From Eledone cirrhosa (Eukaryota): 64,000 nucleotides of DNA. Under the pieces are notes generated by a model. The model was not told the DNA's origin and ran no database searches. It saw only the letters and a list, made by a program, of their open reading frames with translations. This document shows positions 1-14,058 of the stretch, one piece after another. A program made the position numbers and the translations under genes. Position 1 is the first letter of the stretch. Each line of letters starts with the position of its first letter. The DNA lies in the NCBI GenBank assembly GCA_964016885.1, contig OZ024755.1, positions 1,984,001 to 2,048,000 on the forward strand, given 5' to 3'.

Positions 1-35
1 ACAATGTAAATTGTATTCCTTTAAGCATTACTTAC

Positions 36-113
36 CTTCGGAGCAGTAATTTGGGGTGATTATTGCCTTCTATTGAACGTTTTATTAAATCCTCCAGCAA
101 AGTTTTTAGAATA
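36..113 (-). CDS. PLXNA: Plexin exon, RasGAP-like segment (ILKTLLEDLIKRSIEGNNHPKLLLRR)
   Basis: Not in the ORF track; HPKLLLRR motif; tttcag acceptor, gtaagt donor. Confidence 0.95.
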
Positions 114-1023
114 CTGAAATGACAAAACAAAGTTTCAAATTGAAATATTTATTGAAGAAACCTTCATAAAACACCTGAGATACTTAAATTGTTTCAACTA
201 TTTAATCCCCAATTACAGTAGATAGATATTACTGGAGGACCTTGTGATTTTGGTGCATTAAAGTTGATGTAATATCACTAGTTCCACTGCACAGTAAGAA
301 ATGGACACAATATGTACTGACAGCCGCTTAATGCCACAGAAACCGAGATAAGCAGTGGCCTGATGAGCCTCTGAGTTTGAGACAGGCTTTAGTGCTGCGA
401 TGGACTGGCATCCTGTCCAGGGGAGGGGGAGTCTTGTACACACAGTCGCTTAGCACCACAAAAACCGGGATAAGCGCCTGCTTGATGTGCCTCTGGGTTC
501 AAGACCAACTTTAGACTTTTTCTTACACTAATTGTCAACAATTAGTATAAGAAAAAAAATTACATAATTTTATAAAAGATTATATAGTTTTTTTCTCAAA
601 TAATGTTGAGGTTACAACCCTTATTAAGAGACAATAGGTTGTAATTTCAATTTAGTTGTATTTTATAGAGTTTTTCTAGTCACGCCTATATTCTCTCTCT
701 TTATATTGTGGAAGTGAATATCATTTAAACTAAATTATCTTTTAGTGGCAATTACAGCACGGGGGGGGGGGGGGGGGGGTAGGAATTAGTGAAGAAAGAT
801 GGAAATATAGGATGAAGTAAAGAGATAGAGGAGGAAAAATATATAGTGATAGGGAGATAAAAGATAGGTGGGAGAGTGAGAGAGAGAGAGGGAGATGTAT
901 AGGTGGGGAGGGGGAGGGAGTGAGAGAGAGAGAGAAGAGTAGGTAAAAGATATGTAGAGAGAGAGAGAGAGATAAGCCAGAGAGATGTATAGGAAGAGAG
1001 TGGGAAGAGGGAGAGAAAGAATA

Positions 1024-1065
<42 letters not shown>

Positions 1066-1215
1066 ACCAGAGAGATGTATAGGAAGAGAGTGGGAAGAGA
1101 GAGAGAAAGAATAGGTGTGTGTGAGAGAGAGAGAGAGAGAGAGCACAACATTTTGATAATTGAAAAAGAAATTCTTTATGATAGAAAAAAAACTCCACTG
1201 AAAGCTGGATCTCAC

Positions 1216-1406
1216 CTGGTGGCATAAACCATGTCTGATTGCAAGGTAACAGAGATCAAAGATGCTACTTTGACTCGGTCCCGCATCGTAAATGACTGGT
1301 GAGCCTCCAGAGTGCGTATAAATGTTAACAAGAATGTTGCATTCTTTATCAACTGCATGAAAACCTGGAGAGGTTTGCTGCTTAAATTGCCTGAGTTGAG
1401 TTGATA
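1216..1406 (-). CDS. PLXNA: Plexin exon, RasGAP-like segment (YQLNSG...[24 protein letters not shown]...YAT)
   Basis: Hallmark motif; ttgcag acceptor, gtgag donor. Confidence 0.96.
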
Positions 1407-2234
1407 CTGCAAAGAGAAAGAAGAGAGAAAACCAAATAAGCTTTTAAGATATTGGTAAACCAGAGTAAGACATATAATTATTATTATTGTTGAGGAAATA
1501 TATAAAATATAAAGATGTATTTAAGTGTCTGTAAAAGGGGTAAAGTCCCCCTTTGGTCAGAAATGACCATGGGTTGGTACCTAGAAAGATCTCCTCCAAG
1601 GTGTAAGTCCAGGCAATGTTGTCCAAAGGAAAGGTAATGGTTGATACACCTTGGCACCAGTGATGTCGTAACTCATGTCTACAGCTGAGTAAACAGGAGC
1701 AACCTGAAAGTAAATGTCTTGTTCAACCACCACCGCTACCACCACCACCATCACTACCACCACCACCGCTACACCCCTCCCCTCACCACAAGCATCCCAC
1801 CACCACCACCACAGCAACCTCCCATCACAACACTGTAGGTATCAATTTACCCACAATACATTAGATCTACTTTAGAGAGGAAATAAAAACAAGCAATCCA
1901 TTATGTAACACGGAAAATAATGGAGTCGTTGTCAATGAAAGGAAGTTCCTGTGAGAGTGTGTGAGTGTACATGTACATATACACACACACATATATGTAA
2001 GGAAGTTCCTTGTTTGTGTGTGTGAGTATGAGTGTACATGTAAACATATATATATATATACACATGTAAGGAAGTTCCTTGTTCAATAAAGGAACACTTT
2101 CACACTCTATGAATGTGAAAATGTACATATACACATCATCCTTATTTTAACAGTTAAACACACACACACACATTTATAGATGTCTCTTCTCTCAGAAAAT
2201 GATGACCTAGGTTTGTCTTTTATCTATGTTGTAT

Positions 2235-2650
2235 GTTAGCGAGTGTTGGCCAGGATTGAGGACAAATTGTAGCGGCAGAGAAATGAAATTGCTATGTTTT
2301 GCTGGACATGTGGTGTTAAAATCTCAGACTGAGTCCACATGGCATCTCTCTACCAAAAGTTAAAGATACTAGCACTCGACTCTGGTTTAAGATCACACAG
2401 ACTGTGTTAGTTTGGACATGTGAACTGTAGTAGTAGTGGGTGGATACATTGATGTACCAAGATTGTGACCCTTCATAGAAGGGGGCACCCATGTAAGGCC
2501 TGCAATGAGATAATCAGGGATGATGTGACAGACTGGAACCTGGACCAAAACCTATCCTTGGAAGGAACACTCTGGAGAGATGCCTTGAAAGAGGCAAGTC
2601 TACCAAAACATCCAATGCTTGTAACAAGTAAATACAGATGATGATGATTA
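2235..2650 (+). mobile_element. RTE-like LINE 3' relic
   Basis: FGHV and TLWRDA-like motifs followed by a (GAT)n tail. Confidence 0.6.
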
Positions 2651-3158
2651 TGAATGTAAAGGGCCAGAGACAAATACCACAATGGAATCTTATCCAACGC
2701 TCTACCAATTCTGCCCCATTCCCATTCTTTATTAGTCTGTAATATTAAATTATATCAGCAAGAGTAATAACACTATGAAGATTTTTATAAGCTATTAGTG
2801 GAGACTTTAATATTCTCTGACTGTTATTGATCCAGAGAAATTTCACACTACAATCTTTGACAGTCTCATGACCTCACTTACCGAATGTCACAGAGATTGC
2901 AGCATGTCAAATATATAATTTATTGATGTTTTATCTACCGATGCAAATAAACAAAGAATTACAGATATCTGATACAAAGCTAATTAAAGTATGAACAAAG
3001 ATTTCATTAAGAAACGGAGAAGAGAATGTTGCAAAAATGGTTGAGATTTCCCCACACCTCTCTGTGATAGAAATTGCAACACATTTCATTTATGAGGTTA
3101 TTGAATGAAAATTAGGCAGAGAACCTAAATGAGCTTCTCAAGATTCTGTATAAAAATA

Positions 3159-3229
<71 letters not shown>

Positions 3230-3809
3230 ATATATATATATATATATAAAAGATAAAAAAATTCTCCACTGCAACTACAGATCTGCAAAAATCCAAACAA
3301 ACCAAAAATAAAATAACTAAAAATCTGTATAAATCTGTGATTTATGAATTTGTTTGATTAAGTGTAACAAGATGGTTATTGATCCATTCCAATGTGGCAC
3401 ACTTTATTATACAACACACCATATTGAAAAAAATGGTTGAAAAAATAAGAAAACCTATCTGTAAAGCTACAGTGACCATTTACATAAGAGACATAATGAA
3501 ATAATAAAGAAACGGTAATCTAGCCGTTCGCTGCAATAATGAGAGAAGCAGAAAATGCCTTGAAATCTTGTCTTTCACAAGAAATAATTCTGAAATTTAT
3601 TGACTGCCTGCTTCTATCTGGGAGAACTGATCAAGCATGTTACAACATCATAGGTCAGTCTAGTGATGCAGATATAATCACAGCACCTCCTTCTCTTCAA
3701 CAGCAGTCACATACACACACACATATATATACACATAGAGATATAGATAGATATAGACAGACATATATATATATACACACATACATAGAAACATATATAG
3801 ATATAGACA

Positions 3810-3865
<56 letters not shown>

Positions 3866-3933
3866 CACACATACATAGAAACATATATAGATATAGACAG
3901 ACATAGATATATACACACACAGAGATATAGACA

Positions 3934-3983
<50 letters not shown>

Positions 3984-4241
3984 TACATAGAAACATATAT
4001 AGATAGACATATACATAAATATATATTTACATATAGACAGACATATATATATACACACAGACGTAGAAACATACATACATAGATAGATATACAGAGAGAC
4101 ATAGAGAGATATAGACAGACATATATATATATATATACACACATAGAAACATACATACATAGATAGATACACACATACATAAATACATAGATAGACACAT
4201 AGATATATATATATACAGAGAGACATAGAGAGATATAGACA

Positions 4242-4279
<38 letters not shown>

Positions 4280-5081
4280 GAAACATACATAGATACACAT
4301 ATACATATAGACAGACATATATATATATATATATATACACATAGAAACATACATACATAGATAGATACACACATACATAAATACATACATAGATAGACAC
4401 ATAGATACAAAGATAGATATACATAGACATAAATAAATACATACACACAAGAAAATACATACATATATACAGACAGACATAAATGAATACATACATACAC
4501 ACACAAATAATGCATACACACAAATACATAAATACACACATAGAAACACACATATACATACATACATCCACGTATACATACATCGATGCATACACACGTA
4601 TACAGATAGTCAGAATCGTGAAGTTTTACACTTGAAGAACACATTGTATATCAATTAACAAGAAATATTGAATAAGACAAGTTGGAAATCTAAATATTGA
4701 ATAAGTTGAGAATTGATGTCGAAAGAGATAAAAATAACAATAATAATAATTTACTGAAGAAAAAGTGAAGCCATTTTAAATCAGAGTTATACCAATATAA
4801 TTTATAGGAAGGAATATTCTAGATTCTCATAAGAACCATTCCACGTCTGACTAACAACTGTTTCACTGTTATAATGCTTATTGTAATCACAAATTAGTAT
4901 TTAACGGGGGTCGATAAAATAAAGTACCAGTAATGTACTGGGTAATTGCTGGCCTTGTGCCAAAAGTAGAAACAATTATTTAACATGTAGAACTTAGAAA
5001 ACTGTTTTGTTTAATTTATTAATGAAGAATAAATTACAAGAAGTTATTTAAGTATTTAATTGAGAAAATTATTATGGTGAC

Positions 5082-5759
5082 ACTAGAACTGTAGCTGGCT
5101 GAGGTGTCAATAATTTGGGGACACCAGAACTGTAGCTGGCTGAAGTGTCAACAGTTTGGGGACACCAGAACTGTAGCTGGCTGAAGTGTCAACAGTTTGG
5201 GGATACCAGAACTGTAGCTGGCTGAAGTGTCAACAGTTTGGGGATACCAGAACTGTAGCTGGCTGAAGTGTCAACAGTTTGGGGATACCAGAACTGTAGC
5301 TGGCTGAAGTGTCAACAGTTTGGGGATACCAGAACTGTAGCTGGCTGAAGTGTCAACAGTTTGGGGATACCAGAACTGTAGCTGGCTGAAGTGTCAACAG
5401 TTTGGGGATACCAGAACTGTAGCTGGCTGAAGTGTCAACAGTTTGGGGATACCAGAACTGTAGCTGGCTGAAGTGTCAACAGTTTGGGGATACCAGAACT
5501 GTAGCTGGCTGAAGTGTCAACAGTTTGGGGATACCAGAACTGTAGCTGGCTGAAGTGTCAACAGTTTTGGGATACCAGAACTGTAGCTGGCTGAAGTGTC
5601 AACAGTTTGGGGATACCAGAACTGTAGCTGGCTGAAGTGTCAACAGTTTGGGGATACCAGAACTGTAGCTGGCTGAAGTGTCAACAGTTTGGGGATACCA
5701 GAACTGTAGCTGGCTGAAGTGTCAACAGTTTGGGGATACCAGAACTGTAGCTGGCTGAA
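5082..5759. repeat. 41-bp minisatellite, about 16 copies
   Basis: ccagaactgtagctggctgaagtgtcaacagtttggggata. Confidence 0.95.
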
Positions 5760-7261
5760 AAATATATTGCCGTCTTCATCTCACGCTGTAAAAGCTGATG
5801 ATGAGCCTGTGACCCATCCTTGGATCTGTGGCACAGATGCACTTAAGTTGTATATCCTGAGACCCTAAAGAGGGTTCTAAAGGAAGCAGACTGTAAAAAT
5901 TAGAACTAATTTGAACATCGGCAGGAAAAATGGTGAAAGGAGTTGGTTGATGGAGTGGATTGTTCTGAATATTGGAGGAACTCTGTTACAGACCTTCAAT
6001 GACCGGAAGATAAAATTATCTCAACTTAATATCTGAGGAAATAAAATAGAAACTGATTGAGAGGTTTTGTACGACAATTGTTTAAAATTATAAAACCTAC
6101 TAAATCAGTAGAGAAGACTAATCTAATAGAGTTTAGTATGGTCAGTCTATGAACTATTCACATCAAATCAAGAAACATTAATTCAAAGCAGGTTCCTGTC
6201 TACCAATTTCACCAACACTTTTGACACATATACACATATACACACAAATAGTCACACACAGACACACAAATACACACAGACTGACACAACCAAAGTTTCA
6301 GACACACACAAATACAGAAACACAGAGATAAACTAAAGTTTCAGACACACACACAGTTGCACACAGACAGAGAAATAAACCAAAGTTTCAAGCCATCAGA
6401 AGCAAGGTTAGTTAGTATACTGATTTACTATTACTAACTAAATTGGTCTTTCCAATAAAATGGAGTGGATTCTTTGATTCAGTTTGTTTTGATCCGACAA
6501 TTCGTTTGTAGAAAGTTTGACATTTAATCTTTATCAGAGAGATACACAAATTGTGCTGGTGAATAAAATTAATTTTATCGTATTTGAAGTTAATTAACAT
6601 TCATTTATATAGCAACGTTAATTTTTTCTATCAGTAATATATTCACAGTCAATAGCTGTGATAACTATTACTTTCCTTGAAGAATGGAAATATCAAAGGC
6701 CCATTAAAAAACAAAGTCTGTTGCTATTTTGTCTTTATTTATTTAGATTAATATCTCTACCATTATTTTGTTGCTAAAACCACATTTTACTAAGTAGACA
6801 GAAAGATCACACAATATCACACTGTTTGCCCCAGTTCTACAGATGTTATATTATCACATTGTCTAGCTCTACAGATGTAATATTATCACACAATATCACA
6901 TTGTTCAGTTCTACAGATGTTATATTATCACACTGTCCAGTTCTACAGATGTTATATTATCACATTGTTCAGTTCTACAGATGTAATATTATCCCCCCAC
7001 CTAAAACTAAATGTGAGAGAAAGGCAGGGCTCGGGTGAACTGAGGGAGATACTGGGTTTAAGAGAAATCGAAAGTCGTGTGCTGGAAGGTATGTAGCCAA
7101 ATGACATAAATATTGCAAGAGGTTGACAATAATCACCAAGTACTCCAAATTGAAAACGGAGATGGACAAGACTATTTGGAATACAAGAGTCTAATGTGAA
7201 AGTGATACAAGTTATGATTGGAGGGTTTTAGGAGTCAATCCCATTGAAACTTTAAGACTTC

Positions 7262-7477
7262 TTAACCCTTTACCATTTACATTACTTTATATTTACTATT
7301 GTATTTTTACAGTAAACACTTAACCTCACATAATATTGAATCTATGAGATTTTGATATTATTTATTTTGAGAACAATACCTTAACATCAGTATGAGTGGC
7401 CAGTTACGGCTGGTTTGAACAGAAAGAGGTGAGACAATTCTGGCCGAATATGGCCATTTTAAATGCTAAAGGGTTAA
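7262..7477. mobile_element. TTAA-flanked piggyBac-type MITE (one internal unit)
   Basis: TTAA-CCCTTTA..ATTTA ... TAAATGCTAAAGGG-TTAA; truncated copy at 24563-24750. Confidence 0.8.
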
Positions 7478-7757
7478 AGCGGTTGGCAATACCATGTACA
7501 CATTTAAAGGGAAGTATTATCCTCTGAGGTCCTTGTTCTGACTTGAAAGATAATTAAATACTCCAGTGTATCCTCCATCTACACTGTAATAATATTTTTT
7601 GTGTACATTTTCTGAACTTTTTACCCTAATTCATTCATCAAACAAATACTTTTTGAATGCAGTAAAAAAAAACACTGCATTGAAAAAAAATTGAAAAAGT
7701 TCTATCTAGCATTAGATAATAATAGTAAATCAAGGAAGACTGTGCTGATAGCTAGTA

Positions 7758-8392
7758 TTGGTGGTGGTGGTGGTGGTGGTGGTGGTGGTGGTGTTGGTGG
7801 TAGTAGTGGTGGTGTTGGAATGGTGTTGGTAGTGGTGGTGGTGTTGATAGTGGTGATAGAGGTGGTGGTGTTGGAATGGTGTTGGTAGAGGTGGTGGTGT
7901 TGGAATAGTGTTGGTAGTGGTGGTGGTGGTGGTGTTGATAGTGGTGGTGTTGGAATGGTGTTGGTAGTGGTGGTGGTGTTGGAATAGTGTTGGTAGTGGT
8001 GGTGGTGTTGGAATGGTGTTGGTAGTGGTGGTGGTGTTGGAATGGTGTTGGTAGTGGTGGTGGTGTTGGAATGGTGTTAGTAGTGGTGGTGGTGTTGGAA
8101 TGGTGTTGGTAGTGGTGGTGGTGTTGGAATGGTGTTAGTAGTGGTGGTGGTGTTGGAATGGTGTTGGTAGTGGTGGTGGTGTTGGAATGGTGTTAGTAGT
8201 GGTGGTGGTGTTGGAATGGTGTTAGTAGTGGTGGTGGTGTTGGAATGGTGTTGGTAGTGGTGGTGGTGTTGGAATGGTGTTAGTAGTGGTGGTGGTGTTG
8301 GAATGGTGTTGGTAGAGGTGGTGGTGTTGGAATGGTGTTGGTAGAGGTGGTGGTGTTGGAATGGTGTTAGTAGTGGTGGTTGTTGGTAGTGG
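7758..8392. repeat. GGT-derived compound repeat
   Basis: ggtggtggtgttggaatggtgttggtagt units. Confidence 0.9.
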
Positions 8393-10056
8393 GGAGTTTT
8401 AAAAGATAACAAATGTTGCAGAGAATAGTTATGGTAAAGGCCAGACAACTGAGAGAAGTCAACTAGAGTGAAAATTAGGAAGATAGTAACAGACTGGCAT
8501 ATATATTCACATGGAGATGTGAGAGTTCTAGTGAAGAAGGGAGATAACTGCAAACATTAGTATGATGTGGGTAGCATAAAACTGAGATAAGGAAATTTAG
8601 TGGTTTTTATCTCGCTACCCTTCATCTCTGGCAGCAAGCTAGTTAATTTTATTCTTTTTTTAATTTCATTATTCATTTTTTCCCCATTTTTTTTCCTTTT
8701 TCGATTTCTACAATTTAGAAATTGGAAATTGGTGTGAAATATTGTAAGTCAACCATTTCTACATTGCATAAATTTTGTTTTACAGACAAGTAATAAATAT
8801 AGAAAACACTTCTTTTTTTCTGTAAGAAATCATCATCATCATAATATTGTTGTTGTTGCTCCTGTTGTTATTATTATTATTTTGAGGGAGTGGAAAGTTG
8901 ATTAAATCGACCCCAGTGTGTTACTGGTACTTTATTTTATCAACCCCGTTAAGGATGAAAGGCAAAACTAACCTCGGCAGGATTTGAACTCAGACCGTAA
9001 AAGACCAAAACTCTATGCCGCATGTTGTCCGACGCTCTACTGATTCTGCCAATCGCCCACCCTTATAATAGTAATAATAATTGCTTCTACTTTTGGCACA
9101 AGGCCAGCAATTACTCCGGAATAAAGTACCAGTAATACACTGGGATAATTGCTGGACTTGTGCCAAAAGTAGAAACAATTATTATTATTATATGGTGGTA
9201 GTGGTAGCTGTGGTGGTAGTAGTGGTGGTGATAGTGGTAGTAGTGGTGGTAGTGGTAGCTGTGGTGGTGGTAGTAGTGGTGGTAGTAGTGGTGGTAGTGG
9301 TAGCTGTGGTGGTGGTAGTAGTGGTGGTGGTAGTGGTGGTAGTAGTGGTGGTGGTAGTGGTGGTAGTAGTGGTGGTGGTAGTGGTGGTAGTAGTGGTGGT
9401 GGTAGTGGTAGCAGTGGTGGTAGTAGTGGTGGTGATAGTGGTAGCTATGGTGGAGGTAGTGGTAGTAGTGGTGGTAGTGGTAGTTGTGGTGGTGGTAGCA
9501 GTAGCTATGGTGGTGGTAGTGGTAGTGGTAGCTGTGGTAGTGGTAGTGGTAGCTGTGGTGGTGGTAGTGGTAGCTGTGGTGGTGGTAGTGGTAGCAGTAA
9601 CTGTAGTGGTAGTGGTAGCTGTGGTAGTGGTAGCAGTAACTGTAGTGGTAGCTGTGGTAGTGGTAGTAGTGGTGGTGGTAGTGGTAGCTGTGGTGGTGGT
9701 AGTGGTAGTAGTGGTGGTGGTAGTGGTAGTAGTGGTGGTAGTGGTAGCTGTGGTGGTGGTAGTGGTGGTAGTGGTAGTGGTAGTAGTGGTGGTAGCTGTG
9801 TGGTGGAGGTGGTATGTTGATATTTATCTATGGCTTCAGTTTAATTAAAGAGATGTGTGGTTTACAGAGTGGTTGGAACATTGGACCCCCCCCCCCCACG
9901 AAGCCATGTTTGTTAGTGACAGAGATAGCACCAAGAAACATTACATCATATTTGATATGGAGCTGATGGTATAATTATTCAAATATAAATACATATTTGA
10001 GAGTCAGAGAGAGAAAGATAAAGACAGAGAGAGAGAGACAGGAGACAGACAAAGAA

Positions 10057-10087
<31 letters not shown>

Positions 10088-10824
10088 CAAGAGACAGACA
10101 GAGAAAGAGAGAAAGATAAAGACAGAGAGAGAGAAAAGAGACAGACAGAGAAAGAGAGAAAGATAAAGACAGAGAGAGAGAAAAGAGACAGACAGAGAGA
10201 CATACAAAGGCAGAGAGAGAGAGAGTGTGTGTGTGTGTAATACAGAGATAAATCTTAAATTAATTTCAACAACCATACAAGCTTGACCAAAAGTCAATTT
10301 TCTGACCATTTCAAAATATAATAAACCAATATTAATTGAAAAAATATTAATTGAAAAGGCCGAGGTTAACTTTGCCTTTCATCCTTATGGGGTCGATAAA
10401 ATAAAGTACCAGTAATACACTGGGGTAATTGCTGGCCTTGTGCCAAATGTTGTTGTGACAGCTCACACCTGTGCAGGTTTAGCTGGCCTCCTCCAAGGTA
10501 TATCTCGTTGGAGGTGTCTTGGGTGATTTAATGATAGGGATCCCAGTCCCTATCATCTCATTTCTACAGCTGAGTAAACTGGAGCAACGTGAAATAAAGT
10601 GTCTTGCTCAAAGAAACAACACATCACCCGGTCCGAGAATTGAACTCACAACCTTTCGATTGCAAGGCCAATGCTCTAACCATTAAGCCATGCGCCTTCA
10701 CTAAAAATCAACTGTAAAAAAGTTCTATTTTAAAATGATGTCAGGATGTTTGAGCCACTGTGTACCTATGTTCAAAGAGTTGTATGAAGTTAAGAACACA
10801 ATTTAATAAATCTCAAAGTCCTAC

Positions 10825-10961
10825 CTTTGTAACAGGGTGGTCCTTGTCACCTGGGAACAGTACTTTCATGCAGTATGTTCTGTAATCCCAGAACGGAATT
10901 GATACTTGACCACTCATATCATTGTTCAGCTCCGTCATATCAGTTTGTAACTCAGCAAATG
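10825..10961 (-). CDS. PLXNA: Plexin exon, cytoplasmic (AFAELQTDM...[22 protein letters not shown])
   Basis: Hallmark plexin motif; tgtag acceptor, gtagg donor. Confidence 0.96.
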
Positions 10962-11239
10962 CTACAAACAAACAAAATAGACAATAAAACAAACTAAATA
11001 TATATATATATATATACACAAAAACATGGTAAAAAAATAATATATCATATAAAACTTAGACTCAATGTTTTGTGGACTGTTTGAAGCAATAACAGTGTTT
11101 ATATATACATATATATATGACATAAGAAACGTGGTTCTCTATTTTTTATGTGATATTATACTCTGCTCTGTAAGAACATCGACTGCTCAAACGGCCTACC
11201 GCTTACGGACGCTTTAAACATTCCACACCAATTATAGAA

Positions 11240-11278
<39 letters not shown>

Positions 11279-11405
11279 AGAGTTCTATTTAAATTGTTGG
11301 GATACAACAAGAAAATATTTTTATAACTGATATAAAGCACTCAACAAATACTTGGAGTAAAAATACGATATTAACAAATGGAAACTATATTTATAAAACC
11401 ATATT

Positions 11406-11470
11406 TATTTCATTATACATATTTCAAGGACACCAAGTTAAATTATGGTGTGCTTTCATCAGATAAAATA
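11406..11470 (-). ncRNA. Type-I hammerhead ribozyme fold (left arm of the palindrome; sense to plexin pre-mRNA)
   Basis: Exact reverse complement of 11574-11638. Confidence 0.7.
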
Positions 11471-11573
11471 TAATATAGATCAGTTTTATAAATAAATATT
11501 GACATACCCTTAAAGTAATGGTTGCATTCTTTAAGGGTATGTCAATATTTATTTATAAAACTGATCTATATTA

Positions 11574-11638
11574 TATTTTATCTGATGAAAGCACACCATA
11601 ATTTAACTTGGTGTCCTTGAAATATGTATAATGAAATA
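11574..11638 (+). ncRNA. Type-I hammerhead ribozyme fold (right arm of a palindrome)
   Basis: TATTTTAT-CTGATGA-AAGCACACCA[10 nt]TGGTGTCCTT-GAAA-TATGTA-TA|ATGAAATA. Confidence 0.7.
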
Positions 11639-11881
11639 AATATGGTTTTATAAATATAGTTTCCATTTGTTAATATCGTATATATATATATATATAAATA
11701 AAAAAAAACATGTTCACTCTACATGGCTGAATACAATAAATATAATCTGAGTTTTTCGAATATTAATAACATTTGATTAATTTGCAATTATGCAAACAAG
11801 CCTCACTTTTATAGCCATGTCAGTAGAATGAACCCCTCATTCCTGCTCTTGTGTTGGCATGTAAACAATCTTTTATATTTA

Positions 11882-11944
<63 letters not shown>

Positions 11945-12888
11945 CTGCTATCTATATAGAGCTACTAAAACATGAAGACCTATATACACACACGTCATTA
12001 AATGATGATGATGATCTATTTACGTATGTGTGTGTGGAAATATGTATATGTGTTTGTCCATCCTCATAACTACTTACACATGAAGACATAAATATACGGA
12101 TATACATACAAATATTTGTGTGTGTGTGTGTGTATATATATGGAAGTGTGTGTGTGTATATAGAGGTGTGTGTGTGTGTGTGTATGGAAGTGTGTGTGTG
12201 TGTATATAGAGGTGTGTGTGTGTATATGGAGGTATGTGTGTGTATGGAGGTATGTGTGTATATGGAGATATGTGTGTATATGGAAGTGTGTGTGTGTATA
12301 TATAGAGGTGTGTGTGTGTGTGTATATGGAAGTGTGTGTGTGTGTATATGGAAGTGTGTGTATGTGTATATAGAGGTGTGTGTATGTGTATATGGAGGTG
12401 TGTGTGTGTATTTAGAGGTGTGTGTATATGGAGGTATGTGTGTATATGGAAGTGTGTGTGTGTGTATATAGAGGTGTGTGTGTGTGTGTAGAGGTATGTG
12501 TGTATATGAAAGTGTGTGTGTGTGTATATAGAGGTGTGTGTGTGTGTATATGGAGGTATGTGTGTATATGGAAGTGTGTGTGTGTATATAGAGGTGTGTG
12601 TGTGTGTATATGGAGGTATGTGTGTATATGGAAGTGTGTGTGTGTATATGGAGGTATGTGTGTATACGGAAGTGTGTGTGTGTGTGTGGAGGTGTATATA
12701 TATGTATGTGAAAAGATGTATGAAATGAAGGTAAAAGCAGTTTTCTGAGAGGAGAATCCAACAACATTACATAGATAATAGTTATAGTTAAGAAACCATA
12801 ATTGTTTTTGAGCGGTGGATCAGGAATATATCTCCAAGCTAAACAGCTACTCTGCTCAACAAATAAACACTGACAAAGAAACAACATA

Positions 12889-12967
12889 CAGAGTGTCCCT
12901 AAAAAATGTATACACACTTTAACAGCATTCTAATAAAAAATGTGTATACATTTTTTGGGACTCCCTG
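12889..12967. mobile_element. About 79-bp Tc1/mariner-type mini-MITE (other copies 43454-43532, 43917-44007)
   Basis: TA-CAG(A/G)GTGTCCC..AAAATGTATACAC / GTGTATACATTTT..GGGA..CCCTG-TA, with shared spacer acagcattctaat. Confidence 0.75.
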
Positions 12968-12971
12968 TATG

Positions 12972-13026
<55 letters not shown>

Positions 13027-13082
13027 CAGTCTTTTATATATATATATGAATATATGTATGTATGCTTTCTATATATACCTAC

Positions 13083-13133
<51 letters not shown>

Positions 13134-13371
13134 ACTATATATTGTGTAATAGTGCAGTACTTGTATCAAAACACTTAATAATAGGGGGAGGATGGGTGGT
13201 GTGGTGGGGGAAGGGGTCCCCCCTCATCCCACCTATCATTACGACTAAAAAAATGTCTTGAATGACAGGGATGTCTTCAATATGGTTCTTTTAATAAACC
13301 TCTGAGATGGTCTAATGATTGTTATGATGAGAAACGATAACCATTAGATAAGCACTAGAATTGGTGGAGAC

Positions 13372-13740
13372 AATGGTGGGGAGATGGTGGTGGGGAGGAG
13401 ATGGTGGTGGGGAGATGTGTGGGGAGGAGATGGTGGTGGGGAGGAGATGGTGGTGGGGAGATGTGTGGGGAGGAGATGGTGGTGGGGAGATGTGTGGGGA
13501 GGAGATGTGTGGGGAGGAGATGTGTGGGGAGGAGATGGTGGTGGGGAGATGGTGGTGGTGAGATGTGTGGGGAGGAGATGTGTGGGGAGGAGATGGTGGT
13601 GAGAGGATGTGTGGGGAGGAGATGGTGGGGAGGAGATGGTGGTGAGAGGATGTGTGGGGAAGAGATGGTGGTGAGAGGATGTGTGGGGAGGAGATGGTGG
13701 TGAGAGGATGTGTGGGGAGGAGATGGTGGGGAGAGGATGT
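13372..13740. repeat. G-rich compound repeat
   Basis: ggggaggagatggtggt and gatgtgt units. Confidence 0.9.
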
Positions 13741-14058
13741 CTGAGTGACAAGAAGAGTCAACACTGAAAAAAACAGTTAACAGAAGGAATATCTAAAGGA
13801 CTAACTAAAGTATCAATACTATAGACCATATTTAGTCTATATATATATACTATAGACTATATTTATACTATATACTATAGACTATATACTATATTTAGTC
13901 TATATACTATATACTATAGACTATATATAGTCTATAGACTATATACTATAGACTATATTTAGTCTATAGACTATATACTATAGACTATATTTAGTGTCTA
14001 TACTATAGCCTATATCTAAGACTATTTAGTCTGGATATATTATTTTTGTGTATGATAG

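Larger units (their letters stand above)
11363..11681. repeat. Perfect inverted repeat, 153-bp arms, 13-nt spacer
   Basis: 11363-11515 is the reverse complement of 11529-11681. Confidence 0.95.

Noticed and set aside
3539-4644. Long ORFs rich in YI/CV/HT/V/T/LS here and throughout the track (e.g. 9081-9848, 27110-28959, 53638-54331)
   Set aside because: They are translations of (TA)n, (CA)n, (GA)n and (GGT/AGT)n microsatellites and have no protein signal
5082-5759. CRISPR-like appearance of the 34-41-bp arrays (also 30662 and 61154)
   Set aside because: Head-to-tail repeats with no unique spacers, no cas genes, and a eukaryotic intron context
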